A DNA stretch of 64,000 nt from Chiloscyllium plagiosum (lineage: Eukaryota): the NCBI RefSeq assembly GCF_004010195.1, contig NC_057733.1:30449938-30513937 (forward strand). The letters run 5' to 3'. The notes below the pieces were generated by a model. The model saw nothing but the letters and a program-made list of their open reading frames with translations. It had not been told where the DNA came from and made no database searches. Made by a program: the position numbers and the translations under genes. Positions 50,226 through 63,554 of the stretch are shown piece by piece. How positions within the stretch are numbered: the first letter of the stretch is position 1; every line of letters begins with the position of its first letter.

Positions 50226-50409
50226 ACACGGTTTTTCCATCTGGAATGTCCAGTTAACTCTGTGTGGATTAAATCTCAAAAACTGATTCTGTATGGCTTG
50301 TTCTAAGTTTAAAGCAACATACATCTCTATGTTATTTATGTGTTCAAGTAACTCAGTCGATGAAGCCCACCTTTCTCTGGGTAGAACTGGAAAGCAACAG
50401 AGACACAGC

Positions 50410-51100
50410 ATCATTGAGTAAACAGCTCGGAAACAGACCCTTCAGTCCAACTCGTTCAGGCTGAACAGATATCCTAAATTGATCTAGTCCCATTTGCCAG
50501 CATTTGGCCCATATTCCACTAAATCCTTCCTATTCATATACCCATCCAAATATCTTTTAAATGTTGTAATCGTACCATCTCCACCACTTCTCTGACAGCT
50601 CATTCCACACACATGCACCACCCTCTGTGTGAAACAGTTTCCCTCAGGTCCCTTTTAAATCTCTCTCCTCTCACCTTAAACGTATGCACTTGAGTTTTGG
50701 ACTCTCGCACCATGCCCCTCATGAATTTATAAATCTCTATAAGGTCACCCCTCAGCCTCCGATGCACTAAGTAAAAAAGCCCCAGCCTTTTCAGTATCTC
50801 CCTGTAGCTCAAACCTTCCATCCCAGCAACATGCTTGTAAATCTTTTCTGAACCCTTCAAGTTTCACAACATTCTTCCTACAGCGGGGAGACCAGAATTG
50901 AATGCAGTATTCTCAAAGTGGCCTAATCAATGTCCTGTACAGCTATAACATGACCTCCCAACTCCTTTACTCAAGGCACTGACCAATGGAGGTAAGCATG
51001 TCAAATGCCTTCTTCATCACCCTGTCTACCTGCGATTCTACTTTCACGGAACTATGCACCTGCACCCATAGGTCTTTTTGTTTGGCAACTCTCCCAGGGC
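50410..51100 (-). mobile_element. CR1-type LINE 3' fragment
   Basis: Encodes RRLRGDLIEIYKFMRG and VESQVDRVMKKAF on the minus strand. Confidence 0.88.
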
Positions 51101-51415
51101 CCAATCGAGGTCCTGTTGTACTGAGATAATCTTCATGTTTTATTACATCCTTGTTCTCCACAGTTCATTGCTATCAGAGTGAACTAACTTCATGCGGGCA
51201 TACGGAATGCAGTGTAGACATGTTTAGCACAGGTTGCACTCATGGGATAGACTATTGGGCCCAGCGTGCAAGCTTCAGAGATCAGTAGAAAGGGAATCCC
51301 AAGTGAGCTTCATTGTAGAGGGGCCTCTGCAATGTTTTTTGACCATTGTATACACTCTTTGAAAAAAAGGATTACCTTGTATTGATTACAGGTTGAACTG
51401 GTTATTCAATGGTTC

Positions 51416-51525
51416 ATGATTTGGAGGTGCCAGTGTGGGACTGGGGTGTACAAAGTTAAAAAAACACACAACACCAGCTTATTTGGAAGCACTAGCTTTC
51501 AGAGCACTGCTCCTTCATCAGGCGG
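51416..51525 (-). mobile_element. Second-family Penelope-like pLTR with hammerhead core (51493-51521)
   Basis: Minus strand reads CGC-CUGAUGA-A-GGAGC(AGU)GCUCU-GAAA-GC-UA-GUG; homologous to 7558. Confidence 0.75.
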
Positions 51526-51809
51526 TTAAGATCATAGGACACAGAATATCAGTTCCCTGATGACAGATGACTGACTTGGAGTGGTAAAAATGCAAATCAT
51601 ATTGAAATCCACTGACATTAAAATAATTCGACTTGTTAGAAAATGTGAAAGATAATAAAATAAAAGAACTTGTGTTAATTTTTGAAAGGCCTATACTTAG
51701 TTGCACTTATTTTAATTCAAAACAAACATGATGTTTGCTGGTTAGTGAAAGTAAACCATAGTGTGTAGAAATCTAAATTTAGAGTAGTATTTCGGTCATG
51801 TTGAAAAAC

Positions 51810-53576
51810 GTCCATATTACAAGGAGAAATGCTGGATGTCTTGAAATGCATAGAAGTGGATAAATCCCCAGGACCTGATCAGGTGTACCCTAGAACTCTG
51901 TGGGAAGCTAGGGAAATGATTGCTAGGCCTCTTGCTGAGATATTTGCATCATTGATAGTCACAGATGAGGTGTCGGAAGAATGGACATTGGCTAATGTGG
52001 TGCCACTATTTAAGAAAGGTGGTAAGGACAAGCCAGGGAACCATAGACAAGTGAGTTTGACGTTGGTGGTGGGCAGGTTGTTGGAACAAAACCTGAGGGG
52101 CAGGATGGACATGTATTTGGAAAGGCAAGGACTGATTAGGGATAGTCAACATGGCTTTGTGCGTGGGAAATCATGTCTCACAAACTCGATTGAGTTTTTT
52201 GAAGAAGTAACAAAGAGGATTGATGAGGGCAGAGCGGTAGATGTGATCTGTATGGACTTCACTAAGGCGTTCGACAAGGTTCCCCATGGGAGACTAGTGA
52301 GCAAGGTTAAATCTCATGGAATACAGGGAGAACTGGCCATTTGGATACAGAACTGGCTCAAAGGTAGAAGACAGAGGGTGATGATCGAGGGTTGTTTTTC
52401 AGACTGGAGGCCTGTGACCAGTGGAGTGCCACAAGGATCAGTGTCTTGTTCCACTACCTTTCCTCATTTATATAAATGATTTGGATGTGAGCATAACAGG
52501 TATACTTAGTAAGTTTGCAGATGATATGAACATTGGAGGTGTAGTTGACAGTGAAGAAGGTTACCTCAGATTACAATGGGATCTTGACCAGATGGGCCAA
52601 TGGGCTGAGGAGTGGCAGATGAAGTTTAATTTAGATAAATGCGAGGTACTGCATTTTGAGAAAGCAAATCTGAGCAGGACTTATACACTTAATTCCTGAT
52701 GCTCATTCCTGATGAAGGGCTCTTGCCCGAAACGTTGATTTTCATGCTCCTCAGATGCTGCCTGACCTGCTGTGCTTTTCCAGCACCACTCTAATCTTGA
52801 CTCTGATCTCCAGTATCTGCAGTCCTCACTTTCGCCTTATACACTTAATGGTAAGGTCCTAGGGAGTGTTGCTGAACAAAGAGACATTGGAGTGCAGGTT
52901 CATAGCTTCTTGAAAATAGAGTCGCAGGTAGATAGGATAGTGAAGAAGGCGTTTGGTATGCTTTCCTTTCTTGGTCGGAGTCTTGAGTACAGGAGTTGGG
53001 AGGTCATGTTGCAGCTGTACAGGACATTGGTTAGGCCACTTTTGGAATATTGCATGCAATTCTGGACTCCTTCCTATCGGAAGGATGTTGTGAAACTTGA
53101 AAGGGTTCAGAAAAGATTTACAAGGATGTTGCCAGGGTTGGAGGATTTGTGCTTTAGGGAGGGATTGAATAGGCTAAGGCTGTTTTGCCTGGAGCGTCGG
53201 AGGCTGAGGGGTAGCCTTTTCGAGGTTTTTAAAATCATGAGGAGCATGGATAGGATAAATAGGCAAAGTCTTTTCCCTGGGATGGGGAAGTCCAGAACTA
53301 GAGGGTCTGGGTTTAGGTTGAGAGGAGAAAGATATAAAAGAGATCTAAGGGGCAACTTTTTCACGCAGAGGGTGCTCCTTGTATGGAATGAGCTGCCAGC
53401 GGAAGTGGTGGAGGCTGGTACAATTGCAACATTTAAAAGGCATTTGGATGTTTATATGAATAGGAAGGGTTTGGAGGGATATGGGCCAGGTCCTGGCAAG
53501 TGGGACTAGATTGAGTTGGGATATCTGGTCGGCATGACAGAGTCTGTTTCCGTGCTGTACATCTCTATGACTCTAT
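51810..53576 (+). mobile_element. 5'-truncated CR1/HER1-type LINE (RT pseudogene, frameshifted)
   Basis: KSPGPD, QHGF..GKSCLTN, DFTKAFDKVPH, GVPQGSV and KFADD motifs; frameshifts near 52445; CTCTATGA tail. Confidence 0.95.
52694..52835 (+). mobile_element. Penelope-like pLTR inserted in the CR1, with hammerhead core at 52709-52736
   Basis: TSD CTTATACACTTAAT at 52680-52693 and 52836-52849; CUGAUGA-A-GGGC(UCUU)GCCC-GAAA-C-GUU. Confidence 0.88.
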
Positions 53577-54180
53577 GTTCTGCACAAGCCCATCTTTTCT
53601 CTAAAAAGACTGTGATCTGTGGAGATTGTGTATGTCCATTCACCAGCAATATCTTCTCTCCTCCTAAACTGAACATGATATGATGCAGTAAGCAAATTAT
53701 ATGGGAAAACACAATTTCTATCATTCAACAAGAACAAAGTGTCAAGGGGATAAAAATCCAAAGCAGGTGTGAAAATGGAGCAGCAACTAATCCAAGGCAT
53801 TGACTGTAAGATTGGAATAAGGAGGAGATTACTTGGCTGCCATCTTGCTCAGAGAACAATGTGGAGTTTCCAATAAATCATGTTAAAAGCACAGAAACAG
53901 GCTAAGCAACCCAACTGTTCTATAACAATGTTTATATTGCTCCTGAGATATTCCTCACACTCTACGTCTTCCATTTCCTGCACTGAATTCTCTTGTCCTT
54001 TCTTCCTCTTGTGTGTCAAGTTTTCATATGAGTTCATCAGATGCTCCAACAAGTGGAAATTCACACTCTCACCATTCTCTCTGTGGAGAGGTTTCTCCTC
54101 ACTTTGCTATTTAGTCTGTTTGTGGCTACCTTATATTTATGCTTCCTCTTTTCTGAACTCAAACACAACTGGAAGTAGGT

Positions 54181-54494
54181 GGGCGGCACGGTGGCACAGT
54201 GGTTAGCACTGCTGCCTCACAGCGCCAGAGACCCGGGTTCAATTCCCGTCTCAGGCGACTGACTGTATGGAGTTTGCACGTTCTCCCCGTGTCTGCATGG
54301 GTTTCCTCCGGGTGCTCCAGTTTCCTCCCACAGTCCAAAGATGTGCAGGTCAGGTGAATTGGCCATGCTAAATTGCCCGTAGTGTTAGGTAAGGGGTAAA
54401 TGTAGAGGTATGGGTGGGTTGCGCTTCAGCGGGGTGGTGTGGACTTGTTGGGCCGAAGGGCCTGTTTCCACACTGTAAGTAATCTAATCTAATC
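54181..54494 (+). mobile_element. Full-length HE1-like V-SINE
   Basis: Same structure as the 39015 copy; (AATCT)3 tail. Confidence 0.92.
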
Positions 54495-54550
54495 TCGGTG
54501 CTCCTCAGCCACACAGCTTTAAGGACCTCTATTTGATTTCTTTTTGATGT

Positions 54551-54830
54551 TTAGAGTCACAGAGATGTACAGCATGGAAACAAACCCTTCAGTCCAACCT
54601 GTCCATGCCGACCAGATATCCCAACCCAATCTCGTCCCACCTGCCAGAACCCGGCCCATTTCCCTCCAAACCCTTCCTATTCATATACCCATCCAAATGC
54701 CTCTTAAATGTTGCAATTGTACCAGCCTCCACCACATCCTCTGGCAGCTCATTCCATACACGTATCATCCTCTGCGTGAAAAAGTTGCCCCTGAGGTCTA
54801 TTTTATACTTTTCTCCTCTCACCCTAAACC
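54551..54830 (-). mobile_element. CR1-type LINE 3' end
   Basis: Encodes LRGNFFTQR..VWNELPEDVVEAGTIATFKRHLD. Confidence 0.9.
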
Positions 54831-55064
54831 TATTTGCTGAAATTGAAGAAAAAAAACCAACTTGTTCAACCTTTCTTCATAGTTTCAACCTCTCAATTCT
54901 GATAGATTCATAAATCTCTTCTTGTACTTTCTCCAGGGCTTTGGTATTCATTTTTACAGGGTAGGGACCAAATTGTACACACACAACCTCAAAACAATTC
55001 AGCCTTAAGACTCTAAATGAGAACAGGGACTTTGTTTTGACTATTTCTAGCCCTACTGATATCA

Positions 55065-55407
55065 TAGAATCCCCTACATTGTGGAAGTAGGCCATTTAGC
55101 CCACAGAGTCCATTCTGACCCAGCGAAGAGCATCCCATTCAGACCAATCCCCCCTACCCTATCCCGGTAACATTGCTTTTCCCATGGCTAACCCACCTCA
55201 TCTGCGCATCCCTGGACATAATGAGCAATTTAGCTTGGCCAGTCCACTGAACCTACACATCATTGGACTATGGGATGAAACCGGAGCACCTGGATGATAT
55301 GGGGATAACGTACAAACTCCACACAGACAGTTGCCCGAGGGTGAAATCAAACTTGGGTCCCTGACACAGTGAGGCTGCAGTGCTAACCACTGAGGCACTG
55401 TGCAACC
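55065..55407 (-). mobile_element. Older HE1/V-SINE copy
   Basis: AAACTCCACACAGACAG...GCAGTGCTAACCACTGAG is the reverse complement of the SINE head. Confidence 0.8.
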
Positions 55408-56001
55408 CTAATTTGTATTGTTTCTATAGCTGTTTTTAATTATGTGTGTATGCCTAATCCTCACTCTGTGTAAGCCTCCATAAAAATTAGTTTCATTCCT
55501 TCTGTAGTGCAAGTTGGCCTCCTTATTCCTCCAAGTAAAATGAACCACCTCACAATTTTCTGTATTGTGGTTCATTTAGCATTTGTCTGCTCAGCAAACT
55601 TGTTTATCCTTCTCTGTATTTTGGTGCAGTCCTCTACAATAATATCTATACCTTCAATTTTGTACATTCTGGTAAATTTGGTGCAATATCTCCAATTTCT
55701 GAGCCTAACTCTTTTATGAATATTTACTTTTGACACATGAAGTCCAAAGAAGGAAAAACAATTTTTAATCACAGCCAATTTCACACTGTGTGAATATTAG
55801 CCTGCCGTATCAAATTATTTTGCTACTTTAACTGAGGCATTAACATGTTTATTTTAAATAAATTACTCCCTCTATTAAAATGGCAGGTAATAGAATTTCA
55901 CAGAAATACATTTTTCCATTAATATTCAAACAGTATAATGCCACAGCAGTAACCCAATTTACCAATCTAACTGCACCTTAAACCACGTTAAACCTGTTTG
56001 G

Positions 56002-56485
56002 AGTCATAGACTCATACAGTATGAAAGTAAACCCTTTGGTCCAACTCATCCAGGCTAATCGTGTTCCCAAACTAAACTAGTCCCACTTGTCTGCATTTGG
56101 CCCATCGCGCTCCAACCCTTTCCTTTTCATGTATTTGTCCAAATGTCTTTTAAATTTTGCAACTGTACCTGCATCCACTACTTCCTCTGGCAGTTCATTT
56201 CACATATGAACCATTGTCTGTGTAAAAACATTGCCCCTCTTGTCCTTTGTAAAACCTTCTCCCCTTAAAAATTTGCCTCCTAGTTTTGAACTACCCCACC
56301 CTTGGGAAAAGACCATTCCTAATCAGCTTCTCTGTGCCCCTCATGATTTTATAAACCTCTATAACGTCACCCCTCAACCTCCTACACTCCAGTGAAAAGG
56401 TCCCAGACTCTCCAGTCTATTTTTACATACCAAACCTTCCAATCCAGTCAACATCCTGGTAAGTTTTTTCAGAATCTTCTCTAAT
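56002..56485 (-). mobile_element. CR1-type LINE 3' fragment
   Basis: GAGTCATAGACTCATA tail and diverged match to 53100-53576. Confidence 0.8.
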
Positions 56486-57619
56486 TTAATAATATGCATT
56501 AACATGGAATAATCAGTCGTACAAATCACAATTTGATACTGGGATAAGCTGGATTCCTACATGGCTGATATTGGCTCTATATTTGATTTGAAATACCAGC
56601 ATCAGCCTGGGTGCTGCAGTACAGCAAGTGAGCCGAGCACAGAACCAGGCTGAATGGCCTCTTTTTGCACTGAGGGATTCTGTGATTCCAACTGTTTCAA
56701 ATTGTTCAAATCTTCTTGGCATTTACTGTTATACACTCATAGACATTTACAGCTCAGAGGGACGCTATTCAGCAAGTATGCCTGTGCCAGTCAACCAAGA
56801 TCTGACTACACTAATCTCATTTTCCACCCTTTGACCCATAGCCCTACATGCTATGGAAATGCAAGCAAATATTGAAATACCGCTTAAATATTTCATGAGT
56901 TTCTGATACAAACACACTTTCAGGCTGGGAATTCCATATTCTCACCACCCTTTGAGTAAGAAAATAATTTTCCCGATGTGTCATTTTGGACTCCTACTAC
57001 TGGCCATATATCTATGTCTCCTGGCTATTGACCACTCTATGAATGGTAAAAGTATCTTCTTACCAGCTTAACTAAGCCCCTCACAATATCATATACCTCT
57101 ACTCCTGCCCCTTTCAACCTTTGCTTCTCCAGAAAATAGCAACCTCAGCTTCCTCAATAATTCCTCAAAGATCTATCTGCCATAGCTTCTCTTTTATTTT
57201 TCTTAGTCCTTAATCTTTACATCCCTTTTCATCCAGGGTTCTTTAGTCTTGAATGCCTCCGACTGCTTGAACACTGTTTTATCTTCTAGTAGCTACTCCC
57301 AGTCAAGTTGTGCCAAACCATATTTTAGGAAAATTACCTTTTCCACAGTGTTGAAGTTTAATTCCCAGCACATCCTTATCATTTTCCAGAACAAACCTAA
57401 ATCGAACTGCATTATGCTTACTATCACCAGAATGCTCTCCTATTATTATGTCTTCCACTTGGGCTCATTTCCAAATGTTAGAATTGCCTCTTCACTTGTT
57501 GAGCATTCCATTGACTGGCTAAAAGGGTCTCCTAGATGCAATACATACCCTGTACTGGTTCACGATAGCCGCTCACCACCATCTTCTCAAGGGCAAGTGG
57601 GGATGGGTAACTACTCACA

Positions 57620-58167
57620 GAGCACTTAAGAGAACATCTCTGGGACACCTTCACCAATCAACCCCACCGCCCCGTGAACTAAACACTTCAACTCCCCCTC
57701 CCCCTCCGCCAAGGACATGCAGGTTCTGGGCCTCCTTCATCGCCACTCCCTTACCACCTGATGCCTGGAGGAAAAACGCATCATCTTCTGCCTCAGGACC
57801 CTCCAACTCCATGGCATTAATGTGGATTTCACCAGTTTCCTCATTTCCCCTCCCCCTACCTTATCCCAGTTCCAACCTTCCAGCTCAGCACCACTTTCAT
57901 GACCTGTCTCACCTGTCAATCTTCCTTCCCACCTATCCACTCCACCCTCCCCTCCAACCTATCACCTTTGTCCCCATCTCCATCCACCTATTGCATTCTC
58001 AGCTATTCCCCCACCCCACCCCCGAGGCTCCCAGCCTCATTCCTAATGATAGGTTTTTGCCTGAAACGTCGATTTTCCTGCTCTTCAGATGCTGCCTGAC
58101 CTGCTATGCTTTTCCAGCACCACACTCTTGACTCTCACCTCCAGCATCTGCAGTCCTCACTTTTGCC
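57620..58167 (+). mobile_element. Truncated Penelope-like element (GIY-YIG remnant plus pLTR)
   Basis: Decayed EHL...HFNSPS..KDMQVLGLLH...LEEKRIIF.LRTLQ.HGINVDF, followed by a pLTR with a mutated hammerhead core. Confidence 0.82.
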
Positions 58168-58239
58168 ATGGGCAATAAATGCTGGCCCATCCAGCAATGC
58201 TCACATCCCATAACAGAGTTGAAAAAAATAAGAATTTTG

Positions 58240-58760
58240 TTCCCTCCCTGTTACTGTCCTATTGTTTTTACTGAAAATTGGTGACATATTTGATCCTCTG
58301 TGTATCCATGACTGCTTGGATGTCTATGCTGCACACCACCAGTATGTTTGTCCCTTTTGTATCTTTAACTACAACCCATATGGCCTCATTTGATGGTCCT
58401 GCCAAGATATGAATCTACCTCACTGCTATAATTGATTACCTGATCAATATTTGGATCCTACCCAGTCCTCTTCTGTCACCCCCACTCATCTAAATACCCT
58501 AAATATCAATTGGCCAATCATGCCCAATTTCCATCCAAGTCTCAGTCTCAGATGTGACTTCATCTTTTTAAGCTGCATGGTGACCACATGCTGAAACATG
58601 CTATCCTCAAACCTTTCAGACTCATGAATACACCGTACTGCCCCTAACTGCTCCTCAAGCTCCAAAAGACAGAGCTCAAGTTGCTGCCAGAGACGACACC
58701 TGCAGTTGGTCATATCCAGGATTTCCCACTTAGTTCAGGTTTTGCCAATCATGAGCTTAA
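58240..58760 (-). mobile_element. Old CR1 5'/ORF1 remnant
   Basis: C..C..QQLEL.LLELEEQL..VR.I.ESE.F.DS.FQ.VVT resembles the CR1 ORF1 coiled-coil region. Confidence 0.5.
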
Positions 58761-58833
58761 GATCTCCAAACTTAACTAAATAAAATATGGAGCCTTTAGT
58801 CTTATTTTATCCTTGCTCCCACTTAAGTATAGA

Positions 58834-61111
58834 TTTTTTTTATTTCAAAAATATACTTTATTCATAAAATAATTTGATGGTCTGTACAGTTGGTCATGCC
58901 ATACATACGTAACATTTATATACAGAGATCAGAATTTATCATTTTTATATACAGGTCTGTACGTTTATCAATCATATGTCCATATATTTAGCTGAGGCGC
59001 CAGCAGAGCCCAAATGACTGCATGGGCCCCCTGTTCTTCTTTGGCAGGCAGATGTTACATGGTGGTCTTGTAGTCCTGGGCCTTGGAATGTGCCAGTCTG
59101 CAACACTCAGTCGGGGTCAACTCCTTCAGCTGGAAGATCAACAGGTTTCGGACCGCCCAGAGAGCGTCCTTCACCGAGTTGTTGATCCTCCAGGCACAGT
59201 TGATGTTCGTCTCGGTGTGCGTCCCGGGGGACAGGCCGTAGAGCACGGAGTCCCGTGTCACGGCGCTGCTCGGGACGAACCTCGACAAACACCACTGCAT
59301 TCCTCTCCAGACTTCTTCTGCGTAGGCACATTCCAGAAGGAGGTGTGTGACAGTCTCGTTCCCCCCCCGCAGCCACTTAGAGGGCAGCATGCGGTGCGGC
59401 TGAGAGTCCAGGCGTGCATTAAGGATCTCACAGGCAGAGCCCTTCTCACCACCAGCCAAGCAATGTCTCGGTGCTTGTTGGAAAGTTCTGGCGATGAGGC
59501 ATTCTGCCAAATGGCTTTGACAGTCTGCTCAGGGAACCGCTCGATAGGATCCGCCCTCTCCTTTTCCCGAAGGGTCTCAAGGACACTACATGCTGACCAC
59601 TTCCTGATGGACTTGTGGTCAAAGTTGTTTTTCTTCATAAACTTCTCCACGAAGGACAGGTGATACAGAATGGTCCAACTACTCGGAGCGTTCCACGGCA
59701 GCGAGGCCAGGCCCATCCCTCGCAACACTGGGGACAGGTAGAACCTCAGTACGTAGTGACACTTGGTGTTTGTGTACCGGGGATCTACGCACAGCTTAAT
59801 GCAGCCTCACACAAAGGTGGCATTGGGTGTATTTTTTTCCCCCGTTGCCCAGATCTTTGTACAGCAAGTCCCTTCAGACCCGGTCCATCTTTGACCTCCA
59901 TATAAATTGGAAGATGGCCCGGATGACTGCAGCGACATAGGTTCTGGGAATAGGCCAGACCTGTGCCACATATAACAGCAATGACAGTGCCTCACTCCTG
60001 ATGACCAGGTTTTTTCCCGTGACCGTAGCTTCCATCTGCCCAGTTTCTGCCTCACTATGCTGATACGCTCCTCCCAAGACTTGGCGCACGCCCCAGCCCC
60101 CCCCTCCCCAAACCAAATACCCAGCACCTTCAGGTGGTCGGTCCTGACGGTGAAGGGGATCGAGGATTGGTCGGCCCTTGGTTTACCTTGGCCCCCGAGG
60201 CCCATTCGAACTAGTCACATATGCACAAGAGTCTGTGCACGGACAGCGGATCCGAGCAGAAAACGGCGACATCATCCATGTACAGGGAGGCCTTAACCTG
60301 CAGGCCCCCACTGCCAGGAATAGTCACCCCCCTCAGGCTCGCATCCTTCCTGATGGACTCGGCAAATGGCTCTTTGTAGCACACAAACAAGGCAGGAGAG
60401 AGAGAGAGAGCAGCCCTGCCTGACTCCAGATCTGACTGGGAAGCTATCTGATTCCACCCATTGATTGAGACTGCACTGACAATGTTGGTGTAGAGCAGTC
60501 TGATCCAACTGCCGATTCCCTCCCCAAAGCCCATTTTGGAGAGAACATCTCTCATATACCTGTGTGATATCCTGTCAAAGGCTTTCTCCTGGTCCAGGCT
60601 GATCAGGCAGGTGTCCAACCCTCTGTCCTGCATGTAGGCGATCATATCCCTGAGGAGTGCGAGACTCTCAGCGATCTTCCTGCCCGGCACAGCACAGGTT
60701 TGGTCAGGGTGAATCACCGACCCCAGAGCAGACCTGATCCGGTTGGCGATTACCTTTGACAGAACTTTGTAGTCCGCATTCAACAGTGAGATTGGTCTCC
60801 AATTTTTGAGTTCCTCCCTCTCCCCCTTCCACTTGTAGATGAGGGTGATAATGGCTTTCCTCATGGATTCACACATGGTACCTGCCCGAAGCATACTGAC
60901 ATACACCTCCAGCAGGTCCTGGCCAATCAAGTCCCACAGAGCAGAATAGAGCTCGACCAGTAGGCCGTCACTTCCAGGAGTTCTATTCTTTTCGAAGGAC
61001 TCGAAAAGAGTCAGCTTGTCCAGAGATAGCGGCTGGTCCAGCCTCTCCCCTGTTCTGTCTTCTAAAACCTCCGTGATAGAAGACAGGAACGACTGGGAGG
61101 CCGCACTGTCA
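58834..61111 (-). mobile_element. Tx1-clade (L1-like) LINE, 5'-truncated, RT pseudogene
   Basis: TPGSDGL, NWRPISLLNADYK, DQEKAFDRISH, YMDD and C-terminal C-x-C...ET..HLLLEC; AATAAA plus poly(A) end at about 58834-58865. Confidence 0.93.
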
Positions 61112-63470
61112 TTTTTTTTTAATTTCAAAAATATACTTTATTCATAAAATAATTTGATGGTCTGTACAGTTGGTCATGCCATACATATGTACATACAAAG
61201 GTCAAAACTTATCATTTTTATACAGGTCTGTACATTTTTTGATCATATGCCCATATATTTAGCTGAGGCGTCAGCAGAGCCCAAATGACTGCATGGGCCC
61301 CCTGTTCTTCGTTAGGCAGGCAGATGTTACACAGTGGTCTTTCCCCACCGCGCCTTGGCGGCAACCGCCCCAAGCTTCAGCGCGTCCCTCAACACGTAGT
61401 CCTGGACCATGGAATGTGCCAGTCTGCAACACTCAGTCGGGGTCAACTCCTTCAGCTGGAAGATCAGCAGGTTTCGGACCACCCAGAGAGCGTCCTTCAC
61501 CGAGTTGATGATCCTCCAGGCACAGTTGATGTTCGTCTCGGTATGCGTCCCAGGGAACAGGCCGTAGAGCACGGAGTCCCATGTCACGGAGCTGCTCGGG
61601 ACGAACCTCGACAAACACCACTGCATTCCTCTCCAGACTCCCTCTGCGTAGGCACATTCCAGAAGGAGGTCTGTGACAGTCTCGTCCCCCCGCAGCCACT
61701 TTGAGGGCAGGGTGCAGTGCGGCTGAGAGTCCGGGTGTGCATAAAGGATCTCACAGGCAGAGCCCTTCTCACCACCAGCCAAGCCATGTCTTGGTGCTTG
61801 TTGGAAAGTTCTGGCGATGAGGCATTCTGCCAAATGGCTTTGACAGTCTGCTCAGGGTACCGCTCAATAGGATCCGCCCTCTCCTTTTCCCGAAGGGTCT
61901 CAAGGACACTACGTGCTGACCACTTCCTAATGGACTTGTGGTCAAGGGTGTTTTCCTTCATAAATTTCTCCACAAAGGACAGGTGATACGGAATGGTCCA
62001 ACTACTCGGAGCGTTCCGCGGCAGCGAGGCCAGGCCCATCCTTCGCAACACCGGGGACAGGTAGAACCTCAGTACGTAGTGACACTTGGTGTTTGCGTAC
62101 CGGGGATCCACGCACAGCTTGATGCAGCCACACACAAAGGTGGCCATCAGGGTGAGGGTGGCATTGGGTGTATTTTTTCCCCGTTGCCCAGATCTTTATA
62201 CAGTGAGGTGAAGGACCAGCAAGCCTCGCTCTTTGCTTCGGAGGCCTCCAAGATAATCTTCCGGTCCAGGGTCCGCTCGGGTGGAGCAGGACGAGACGTG
62301 CTCACGTTTCTTCTTCCAGAAGGTGCATAAAGAGAGCTCTGTGCTNNNNNNNNNNNNNNNNNNNNNNNNNNNNNNNNNNNNNNNNNNNNNNNNNNNNNNN
62401 NNNNNNNNNNNNNNNNNNNNNNNNNNNNNNNNNNNNNNNNNNNNNNNNNNNNNNNNNNNNNNNNNNNNNNNNNNNNNNNNNNNNNNNNNNNNNNNNNNNN
62501 NNNNNNNNNNNNNNNNNNNNNNNNNNNNNNNNNNNNNNNNNNNNNNNNNNNNNNNNNNNNNNNNNNNNNNNNNNNNNNNNNNNNNNNNNNNNNNNNNNNN
62601 NNNNNNNNNNNNNNNNNNNNNNNNNNNNNNNNNNNNNNNNNNNNNNNNNNNNNNNNNNNNNNNNNNNNNNNNNNNNNNNNNNNNNNNNNNNNNNNNNNNN
62701 NNNNNNNNNNNNNNNNNNNNNNNNNNNNNNNNNNNNNNNNNNNNNNNNNNNNNNNNNNNNNNNNNNNNNNNNNNNNNNNNNNNNNNNNNNNNNNNNNNNN
62801 NNNNNNNNNNNNNNNNNNNNNNNNNNNNNNNNNNNNNNNNNNNNNNNNNNNNNNNNNNNNNNNNNNNNNNNNNNNNNNNNNNNNNNNNNNNNNNNNNNNN
62901 NNNNNNNNNNNNNNNNNNNNNNNNNNNNNNNNNNNNNNNNNNNNNNNNNNNNNNNNNNNNNNNNNNNNNNNNNNNNNNNNNNNNNNNNNNNNNNNNNNNN
63001 NNNNNNNNNNNNNNNNNNNNNNNNNNNNNNNNNNNNNNNNNNNNNNNNNNNNNNNNNNNNNNNNNNNNNNNNNNNNNNNNNNNNNNGCCTCAGGGGCCAA
63101 GGTAAACCGAGGCAAGAGTGAGGCCATGCTCTTCGGGAACTGGGCCGACCAATCCTCGATCCCCTTCACTGTCAGGACCGACCACCTGAAGGTGCTGGGT
63201 ATTTGGTTCGGAGGGGCTGGGGCGTGCGCCAAGTCTTGGGAGGAGCGTATCAGCAAAGTGAGGCAGAAACTGAGCAGATGGAAGCTACAGTCGCTCTCCA
63301 TCGCGGGAAAAAAACTGGTCATCAGGTGTGAGGCACTGTCATTGCTATTATACGTGGCACAGATCTGGCCTATTCCCAGAACCTGTGCCGCTGCAGTCAT
63401 CCGGGCCATCTTCCAGTTTATATGGAGGTCAACGATGGACCGGGTCCGAAGGGACTCACTGTATAAAGAT
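61112..63470 (-). mobile_element. Second Tx1-clade LINE with 5' inversion (minus 61112-62206, plus 62207-63470), spanning an assembly gap
   Basis: Same 3' end as the 58834 copy; flanked by CTGGGAGGCCGC(A/G)CTGTCA at 61093-61111 and 63471-63489. Confidence 0.88.
62346..63087. other. Assembly gap (N run)
   Basis: Run of N. Confidence 1.
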
Positions 63471-63554
63471 CTGGGAGGCCGCGCTGTCATAGATGACAAA
63501 AATATTATTTTTATATCCCATTTCTGCCTCTGATCTGTGTGCTTTTCTCCGGGG

